DNA from: Octopus sinensis
Taxonomy: Eukaryota
DNA: 64,000 nt
Direction: 5' to 3'
Assembly (NCBI RefSeq): GCF_006345805.1
Contig: NC_043013.1
Span: 52,452,001 to 52,516,000 of the forward strand
A program made the translations under genes and the position numbers. Positions 54,091 to 64,000 of this stretch are shown here, in pieces; position 1 is the first letter of the stretch, and every line of letters begins with the position of its first letter. The notes beneath the pieces are model-generated. The model was not told the DNA's origin. It searched no databases and saw nothing but the letters and a program-made list of their open reading frames with translations.

Positions 54091-54771
54091 AAATAAATGA
54101 CAGATGTAATTGCATTGAGTGGTAAATGCGTGTTCTTCAAACTAATTGTGATGACAGCTATTGTATAGTAACCAAGGGAGACATATCCTATTAGATCAGA
54201 GTTATTTACCTTTGAAGGATGGATGAATAGTGAGAGGGTGTGGGGAGAGAGACTGCTCACTCAACAAGTAAATGTTTCAATGTTGGTCACATGTTACTTT
54301 AAGGACAAAGAGCTTTGTAATTTTCAGCGTCTCATTAATTTTGTTGAACTTCAAATCAGTTCAGATCAAGAACACCTAAGATCAAAAGCTTTCCAGTTGT
54401 GACGATCACATATTGTTTATTCATGATCCCCTTATTCTACATGTAGTTTGATTTGCAAATCTTTTCAACCCGAAAGGCCTGGTGTAATATGTCTTGCTCG
54501 AGGAAGAAGTAAATATTCCAATAACCACTTCAAATACTGATGAGAACGAAAGACGCCGATGGTAGTTTAGCAAAAGGGTCCTGTCTTGAGATTAGCATAA
54601 AACAGTCTACAAAAGGTACCAGATCGGACGGACAAGAGTTTCAAATCTCACAATTGTGATTGTTGTCTATCGTTTGATCAACCTTTTCGGAGGGAAAATC
54701 TGTGTTTAATGATTCTAGTTGTGACCACTCTATCCTTTTTATATATATATATATATATATATATAACTTAT

Positions 54772-55018
54772 ATATGCGCCCTTTTAAAGCCTAGCCAGGT
54801 TCATGGGCCTGGTTTCCCGGTCTCTATGATGTATGTGTTCCCCAGGTAGACGGGACGCCAGTCCATCGCAGCATTACTCATCTTTGCCAGCTGCGTGGAC
54901 TTGAGCAACGTGAAATGAAGTGTTTTGCTCAAGAACACAACGCGTCGCCCGGTCCAGGAATCGAAACCACAATCTTGATGCCGAAACCCTAACCTAACCA
55001 CTAAGCCACCCGCCACCA
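54772..55018 (-). mobile_element. SINE family C, best-preserved copy
   Basis: Minus strand GGTGGCTTAGTGGTTAG (A box), GGTTTCGATTCC (B box), GTGTTCTTGAGCAAAACAC and GCGATGGACTGGCGTCCCGTC (V-SINE-like motif from memory). Confidence 0.85.
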
Positions 55019-55726
55019 CTTATATATAGCTTAAAATACTTTTATTTATGTGTTCTCCTTTTAAGACGTTCGTGCGTCATTTGAAGAATTTGGTTGCTGT
55101 TTTACTGATCGAGCGATCATTAAGTGTGCATCATATTTGCTCTGACATTTGTTTAAAGATTAGACGAGGACTGACCAATCAATAAAAACCTTACCGGCCC
55201 AACCTTCTTTCACGCTTGAGGTAATGAGGCTGTAATTTACACAAATTGTAAGATCGTTAAGACAATGCTTCGTTTTCACAGACTTTCGTTTATATATTAT
55301 ACCTCTCTCTCTCAACGCTCTTGCTCGATTGGGTGGGTGGGGGTGGGGTCATCTTAGGTTAGCGGCCCCAATGGTGTCTGCGTGCGTACAACCGCCGGTC
55401 ATTTCTGCCAGTACCACTATCGTTGGCGGGCCCTGCCATCCCCTCTGCACCCTCCAAGGTGACATCTAGCCTCTGGCGATATTCTTTAAACACATCCACC
55501 CATCTGGTTTATTAAACCAAAACAAATAACATGGCACTTTGGCCCACTTGATCCCAATGGATTTGAGAGTTATTTTTAAGTGTCATGTGACGTTTCTTTC
55601 CTTTTAAATAACTTAGTCATACTAAGAAGAGTAGTGCCTACGGCCCTTTTCCTGCCTCCAGAGACCAGTGAGATGGAAAGGAAATCTTATTCTTAGAACA
55701 GGGGGTCTATCCTCAATTCTTTAAAT

Positions 55727-56005
55727 CAGTGACTCTCGGCCATATTTTTTTATCTATGGATTCCTTTGTTTAATATTTTATTCTGGTGGACCCCTATAGC
55801 CATTCAATGTTTAAAAACTAATTTTGGGTAAACTGTGTCCGAGAAAGAAAACCAGCCTTTCTTGCAGTACATACGTTTGGATCAAAACATTTCATGGACC
55901 CTTAAAATACAACTGTAGATCCCCATTTTACTATTTTGCTAGCGTGGACCCCAAAATCTTCTATGGACCCTTAGAGGCCATAACGACACACGTTGAAAAC
56001 CACTG
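55727..56005. mobile_element. hAT-type MITE (279 bp)
   Basis: Ends CAGTGACTCTCGGC and GTTGAAAACCACTG (degenerate CAGTGGTTCTCAAC TIR). 8-bp flanks CTTTAAAT / CTTTAGGT (6/8 identical). Repeated internal GGACCC motifs. Confidence 0.7.
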
Positions 56006-56401
56006 CTTTAGGTAGAGCGGACCCTGTTAAAGAAAACTAATGGCCAAGGGCTTTGTTGTTAAACGAGGCGATTGATTAAATTTATGCACCCAAAACCAGG
56101 ATCGTATCTTTAAAGGACTTTCACACAGTTTCTGTCAACGGTATTACTGACAAATCTTTGGTTGTACCCAAACAGAGGTAGGAGGAATCCTTTAAGGCAT
56201 TGCGTTGGATGATCGACCACAGAACCACGTTGTTGCGAAGTGTATTTCTTCAACGCACAACAATATCTGCATCTATAAACAATCACAATTTCTTAAATAT
56301 AAGCCTTACAAGAACATGATTCTATTAAAATTTCTGACCAATGGCAAAATATGTTGAAATATTATAATGTATGCATAGTAATTTATTATAATAATATATA
56401 T

Positions 56402-56454
<53 letters not shown>

Positions 56455-56457
<3 letters not shown>

Positions 56458-56862
56458 CGTAGGAGTGGCTGTGGTAAGTAGCTTGCTTATGAACCACATG
56501 GTTCCGGATTCAGTCCCACTGCGTGGCACCTTGGGCAAGTGTCTTCTACTATAGCCTCGGGCTGACCAAAGCCTTGTGAGTGGATTTGGTAGACGGAAAG
56601 TGAAAGAAGCCCCTCGTATATATATGTATATATATGTGTGTGTGTGTGTTTGTGTATCTGTGTTTGTCCCCCCAACATCGCTTGACAACCGATGCTGGTA
56701 TGTCTACGTCCCCGTAACTTAGCGGTTCGGCAAAGAGACTGATAGAATAAGTACTAGGCTTACAAAGAATAAGTCCTGGGGTCGATTTGCTCGACTAAAG
56801 GCGGTGCTCCAGCATGGCCACAGTCAAATGACTGAAACAAGTAAAAGAGTAAAGAGTAAGAG
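56455..56862 (+). mobile_element. SINE family A, full-length, inserted in (TA)n
   Basis: Near-identical to 19531. (TA)n on both sides. Confidence 0.92.
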
Positions 56863-56893
<31 letters not shown>

Positions 56894-57326
56894 TATTATA
56901 ATGTATTATAATGTACGTGTCAGGAGCTTCATGTGGACAGATTATCCTATTACAATATCAACTGTTGTATGCATTACAACGTATTATATGCAGTGTAATA
57001 GGTCTCAGCGTACATATGTTATAATATATTATAATGTATACGTAGGCAAAATACTTTTCTGTTCTATAATTTACTATAATATATTTTACCGTATGCATAT
57101 TAACCTAGATGTGAAACGAATATCTGGCGATCATTTATTACGAACCGGTTCTGTTCTGTGTTCAAATTCTATCGAAAAAATCAACTTCCGGTTTCGATAT
57201 AATAGTTTTCTAATACTCAGAACAAATTGTGCAATTAAATCTTTTCTAAAAAATATGCTTCCTTTCGTGGAACATTACCAGCCGTCCTTGAAAATATATC
57301 AGTTCAATTTCTACTACAACTACTAG

Positions 57327-57650
57327 AGTGGAGGCGCAATGGCCCAGCGGTTAGGGCAGTGAACTCGCGGTCGTAGGAACGCAGTTTCGATTCCCAGACC
57401 AGGCGTTGTGAGTGCTTATTGAGTGAAAACGCCTAAAGCTCCACAACCTTCACTCTTTCTTCCTGTTTCTATTGTACCTGTATTTTAAAAGGGTCATCCT
57501 CGTACGCTGAATCTCCCTGATAAGTACGTTAAGGGTGCACGTGTCTGTGGAATGCTCAGCCACTTGCACGCTAATTTCACGAGCAGGCTGTTCCGTTGAT
57601 CGGATCAACTGGAACCCTCATCGTCGTAACCGACGAAGTGCCTGGACATC
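57327..57650 (+). mobile_element. SINE family D (tRNA-derived, single copy here)
   Basis: GGCGCAATGGCCCAGCGGTTAGGG (A box) and GTTTCGATTCCC (B box), followed by a unique body ending GGAACCCTCATCGTCGTAACCGACG. Confidence 0.7.
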
Positions 57651-58129
57651 AACTACAGCAAAAAAATAATTACACAAGTGATTCAATTATCGATGTTAAA
57701 AACAATTTACATCTGCGATATTTTATTTGCTAGTTATAAATGTTGTCTGAATCTAAATTAAAATCGCAATTTGTTTTATTTGATAACGTACGTATTTATT
57801 TATCTATTTAGTCTAAATGCTTAGGTGGTTCTCCGTCGTTTGACTAAGAGGATTCAGTCGTTCATTTAACTGAATTACCTGCTTCTAATTTTCATGCAAC
57901 AACAGGATGATACAATGTGACATCGAGTGACTAGGCTGCACCTGTGAACAAAAGGTTCAATCCATCTGTAAAAGTTTAACGGATTTAACGATTAAACTAT
58001 TAAAATAATACTTATCTAGATTATATATTTTCATCAGATCTATCATACTTCACCTAGGCACTCACCCCGAATTTCTAACGAGATCTAACCAATTTGTCAT
58101 CTTACCCTGAATATAATAACCTTATCTAC

Positions 58130-59150
58130 CATAGATACAAGGCCTGAAATTCTGGAGGAAGGGGCTTGTTGAATACATTGACCCCATGCTTCATTGGTAA
58201 TTATTTTATCGAACCCTCTGAAAGAGCGGAATTTGAACTCTGATCGTAAAGATGGACGAAATGCCGTTAAGCATTTTCCCGGTATGCTAACGATTCTGCC
58301 AGCTCGTCACCTTCGTTCTGCGCCATATTTGCAGCTTATAACTAATATAATACATACAGCATAAGAACCAGTGAAAGTGGTGCTTCTAAGACGTACCTCA
58401 GTTTTCAAAAAGTGGCTAAAATTATACATAGAGAAACAAAAGTGATTTTCCGGAGCCTTTGGTTTCAAAGCTTTACCGGATTACAGTCTTTTCCGAACCA
58501 AGTGTGACCACCTTGGTGATCAAACTCTAAGTTAAATAATTATGAAATTTACTTAAATGAAATACAGTTAACAGTACACTAGTGTGAATTAGGGTGGATC
58601 ATAAAAGGTTGTGGCTCATCAGTGTCCGAAAAGTCAGGGTTGTAGATGTACAAGGATCGCGAAAAGAATCCCTTAACATTCAGACAATCTGAAAACGCTC
58701 AGTAGTAAACTATGAATAAATGCCTTCACGTTGCCTGCGAGCGCAGTGTAATGCCAATTAAGCTGACCAGTTTAACTGAGGCCTTAGTATGTATAGTATG
58801 TACATTATGACAATTTGAAAGGCATTTTATGTTCAGATTTCTAATTCAACCGAGGTCGACTTTGCCTTTCATCCTTTCAGGATCGATAAAATAAGTCGAC
58901 GTAATTGATTTATACCCACACCGACTACGAAAACATTACTGGCCTTGTGTCATAATTTGAAACCAATATTTCGGAAAACGATATTGCTCATATTGTAAAT
59001 ATCTTATATCATGGCAGAATCGTTAGCACGCCGGACAAAATGCTTAGTGGCATTTCGTCCGTCTTTACGTCCAGAGTTCAAATTCCTCTTTTCGGAGGGG
59101 TCGATAAAATAATGACTAACGAAGCACTGGGGTCAATGTTATCGACAGGC
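58130..59150. mobile_element. Cluster of three SINE family B fragments (58130-58312 minus; 58840-58950 and 59010-59150 plus)
   Basis: Family B motifs GAATTTGAACTC, CCGAGGTCGACTTTGCC and CTGGGGTCAATG. Confidence 0.7.
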
Positions 59151-59783
59151 CCCTTCTTCTATCCCACTTTGTGGTTAGATGATGCTTTTTCTCTGATGAA
59201 CGTGAAACAAGACTAAAAACTAGCAAGCTTGTTATAGCAGTTTCTTTCCGCACATACATAGCAGATGCGGTATAAACGCTTCGCTCATTTTTCTCAGCAT
59301 CTTAATTATTTAAAAACGAATTTGTGTATAACTTACATTTCAATAATTTAAAAACTCTGTTTAATGCACTATGAAATACTTTGTAACTACGAAATTGCCT
59401 ATCTACGCTTGATCAACTCAAATATAGTGGAAATTACGATTATGCTTCCAGTGCGTATATAAGTGCGTGTGTGTGTGTGTGTGTGTGTGTATATGTATAT
59501 GTGTACATGTGTGTATGTGTACACGTATGAATATTGTACGTCAATTAATTTTTCTGACATATAAATGTATGATTGTTATGAAAATAAGAATATGTGTGTT
59601 TGTAAAAATATGTACGTACGTATACGTATGTGTACACATATGAATATATGTGTGTATGTGTGTGTGCGTGTGAATGTAAGTGTACACATACGTATATTTG
59701 TGTGTGTATGTATATATTATATTATATATACATATATATATATATATGTATTATATTATCTATACATACATACATATATATAT

Positions 59784-59844
<61 letters not shown>

Positions 59845-60478
59845 AGCACTCCTATATATATATATACTCATGGATTGAGTGCTTGGAAGTTAGATCATTA
59901 GAGAGACATATAGGTAGAGAGATAGATAGATAGATAGATAGATAGGAACATATAGTTGGTTGTGTGTATCACAAGGATGTGTAATTGTGTATGCATATGT
60001 CAGTGTACGTATGTGTGTTTTTGCGTAGTCTGACATCAATATGTGCGCACGTCTGTGTCTCTGTGTGTGTGTCTGTGTCTGTGTGTCTCTGTACGTGTGT
60101 GGATGCTCAAATAGAAGATGGCAGATTTCGATACGGTCGAACTGGTTCGTTCATTTTGAAACAGTTGTTAAAACATCAGTGCGTATTGCTGTTGAAGTAA
60201 GCGTCGAACCGCGAAGAAATCGTCTTGAGGCGGACGTTGACAAATAGTCAGAAAGATAGTTTTATAATCATTTATACTTAATTCACCATTCCGTTTCAAT
60301 TTCTATCAACATAGAAGAAAATTGAAGTGAATATTACCATACATACAAGTAATATTGCAAATTATGCTTGTGTGTGCTTCTATATACATACATGAATATG
60401 TATGTATACACACACACACATGTATATATATACAGATATAAATGCATGTGTATATATGTACAAATATATATGCATATG

Positions 60479-60549
<71 letters not shown>

Positions 60550-60640
60550 ATATATGAAGGTATGTATATCGACATGTAAACATTCAAATGTATATACGTA
60601 TATGCATATGTACATATATATATGTTATATATATGTATTA

Positions 60641-60671
<31 letters not shown>

Positions 60672-60674
60672 TAC

Positions 60675-60707
<33 letters not shown>

Positions 60708-61371
60708 TACATATATACATATATATATGTATATATTTGTATATATATATATATATATATACATGTGAAAATAAGTGATATTAGGAGAAAGAAAAAGTAT
60801 GGAAATATTAGGTTTTTGTTGTTTTTTGTAATATCAAAAAATTAGAAAAATAAAAAAATATTGTTGAGATTGAAATTGAAAATAATAGTTGTAGACTAGA
60901 AGAGAGAAATGAGAGGAAACTTAGAGGAAAATTAGATGAAAGGATATGATTGGTTAATAATAAGTAAATAGGGGAAATGAAATGAAAAGAAAGATAAAAA
61001 GCGACAAGTGAAGAAAATATGAAATGCAAAAAAAAAAAATGAGATAGGCAGAAAGAGAGAGTGGGACGGTGAAAGAGAGAGAGTGCGAGAGAACGTGGAG
61101 AGGAGTAGAGAGGTAACGAATATTGATATGAAGACTTGTATGTAACATGAAAGTACGAGAGGTGAGAGTAGAAAGGAGGGGGGAGTGGGAGTGAAAGAAA
61201 GGAAGAAAATAAAGAGAAAGGAAAAGAAAGAGAGGAAGAAGGAAGGTAATTGAATGAAGGCATAAAGTGTAAGGTGGCACAGAAATGGACTGAAAGTCTA
61301 TGGATCTATGCATCTTTATACAATATGTATATATTTATGTTTGTATACGTATACACACACACACACGCACA

Positions 61372-61404
<33 letters not shown>

Positions 61405-61448
61405 TGTGTACTATATTGGACAATGTTCATTTTATATCTTTAAATAAG

Positions 61449-61491
<43 letters not shown>

Positions 61492-61697
61492 TATGTATGT
61501 ATGTATGTATGTAGTATGTATGTATGTATATAAATGCTTATGGATATGTTTATATACGTGTGTGTTTATGTATCCATATTCAATCAAAATTCTACCCTCT
61601 TCTAACTTACCTCCACACCACATTTCGCTTCGCAGTTTATCTTTGAGGCTCTCTACCTCCCGTTGCATGCATATATATATATATATTTATTTATATT

Positions 61698-61736
<39 letters not shown>

Positions 61737-62020
61737 TATATATTATATATATGTACACATACATAGATAGACATGTATGTACCTATGTAGGTTGAGTGTA
61801 AACCATTTGTACACAACACTGCTTCTTCACACGCTGCTGCTTTCCAATAACCGATATATTGAACCGGTTATTAAACACAAGACTCATTATGAATACAATA
61901 ATTCGATTTCTTTTTTTTAAATGAGCAAGAAATTGTGCGAAAAAATATTTGCGAAAATGATAGAATTTTAGGTTGTATATACATGTACATATACAAATAC
62001 ATAGACACACACACACACAG

Positions 62021-62067
<47 letters not shown>

Positions 62068-62208
62068 CACCTATATATTCATATATATATATATGTATAT
62101 ATATAAATGTATGTATCTATGTATGTATATACATATATTATATGTACATATGTATGTACTTATAAATACGTTTATGTATATTTATACTTAAATATATTTG
62201 TCTATGTG

Positions 62209-62242
<34 letters not shown>

Positions 62243-62348
62243 GATAGATAGATATATAAATACATATGTATGTGTTTATTCTGATTGTGGCTCATAGCTT
62301 CCATATTTTTGTATCTTCATCATATCACTATTATTATTATTATTATTA

Positions 62349-62396
<48 letters not shown>

Positions 62397-62645
62397 CGTC
62401 ATCATCATCATCATCTTTATCATTATTACTAACAGATTTTTTTTTACTGCATATTTTGTAGTTGTCACCAGTTTTTATATTATTTCATTTTTTTGTAAAA
62501 ATATCGCCAAGAATTTGGATACGTTGAGAACTTATGGATTTCATGCTTTCTATGTGGAATTAAATGGTAACGTCACATCTGATCATGGTTTTCGTGGAGA
62601 AATTAAAATTAAAATAGGAGAGAAACAGTACAAACATTTATTTTA

Positions 62646-62699
<54 letters not shown>

Positions 62700-62741
62700 T
62701 ATATATTATATATATATATATATATATGTATATAGTATATA

Positions 62742-62787
<46 letters not shown>

Positions 62788-62822
62788 TATATATTATACA
62801 TATATGTATTTATGCATAGATA

Positions 62823-62853
<31 letters not shown>

Positions 62854-63053
62854 GTAAATAATATAATATATATATATATACATATATACAAGTAGATATA
62901 AATGAATATGCACAAATATTATTACCTGTGCACACAAGTGTGGGCATGTGCATAAGTATATATGGACATTTAAATGTATATTTGTATGCATACGAATACG
63001 TGTATATATACTTATATTTACACAAATATATATATAATATATATGCATATATA

Positions 63054-63146
<93 letters not shown>

Positions 63147-63208
63147 CTTATATCTGTTATACGTATATATATATACATATATAGATACAGAATATATATA
63201 TATGTGTG

Positions 63209-63240
<32 letters not shown>

Positions 63241-64000
63241 CGTATGTATATATGTATATACATAATTTATATCTCTCTGTACGTATGTATGTATTTGGTG
63301 TGTGTGTATATATGCTTATGTGAGTGATTTTCTGTGTGTTTGAGTGTGCGTGAGAGAGTGTCTGTCTAATGCATATTTATTATTTATCATTTGTTATTTG
63401 TTATTCTTTATTATTTGTTTGTTGTGCAGTAATACATGTCTTTTTGAATGATTTATTTTGCAGAAAAACTGTGCATTTAGAAAATGTGTGTGTGTATATA
63501 CGTATATTGAAATGTGTGTGTGTGTGTGCTGATCTATGTTTATAAATATGAGATATGGGTGTTGCGTGTGTGTGTCTATGTGTGTGTGTGTGATGCCTAA
63601 ATATTTGCATTTTTTTTAACATTTCGTTTCTAAAGATCTGTTTTTTTCAGCATTACTACCGACAACACCACCACCACCAGCACCATCATCATCATCGCCA
63701 CCACCACCACTATAGAATGCATTACTGTTCCCTCGTCACCATCTCACTACAACTACCACTTTTCCTCTTACAACACCACCACTCCCACCAGCATCACCAC
63801 CACCAATCCTAACAGCATAACTTTACGACCACGCCTACGACGACGACGACCACCACCACCATCGTTATCATCATCATCATCGCCACCCCCATCATCGACC
63901 TCATTTTTTATCGCCCCTCCCTCCTTTTTATGTTTTCCAGTTATTTAATCACCCACATTCCATTATCTTCGAAGAATTTCTTCAAAATTTCACCATCATT

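Noticed and set aside
54538-54590. CTGATGA-GAAC-GAAA motif
   Set aside because: No adjacent helix III or NUH site and no helix I partner.
60110-60206. CpG-rich segment ending in a GAA|GTAAGC donor
   Set aside because: Poor acceptor and no recognisable peptide.
61610-61665. Minus-strand coiled-coil-like peptide REVESLKDKLRSE with a GAG|GTAAGT donor
   Set aside because: No usable acceptor. Upstream sequence is (TA)n.

Overview
AT-rich eukaryotic genomic DNA, extremely dense in di-, tri- and tetranucleotide microsatellites and SINEs, with one 100-N assembly gap (34353-34452). The repeat landscape resembles an octopus/cephalopod genome (inference, not database-checked). I found no intact multi-exon protein-coding gene. 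Almost every ORF in the supplied track is a translated microsatellite (YI, CV, MYVC, poly-I/H/D runs) or an in-SINE artefact. The supportable content is: (1) a decayed Penelope-like retroelement (RT thumb, linker, Cys-rich region, GIY-YIG nuclease; 9889-12250) interrupted by a SINE dimer with a 9-bp target-site duplication; (2) at least four hammerhead-ribozyme-like motifs with palindromic helix III (1305+, 5090-, 12125+, 36142-), one with an intact catalytic core; (3) four tRNA-derived SINE families in about 35 copies or fragments; (4) two non-autonomous Helitrons, a hAT-type MITE, a Tc1/mariner remnant and the 3' end of an RLE-type LINE; (5) a probable decayed leucine-rich-repeat gene (about 48380-49330, minus); (6) two candidate 36-nt coding exons on the plus strand (47301-47336, 52095-52130) suggesting the window lies inside a very long gene; (7) foldback/inverted repeats and a decamer minisatellite.
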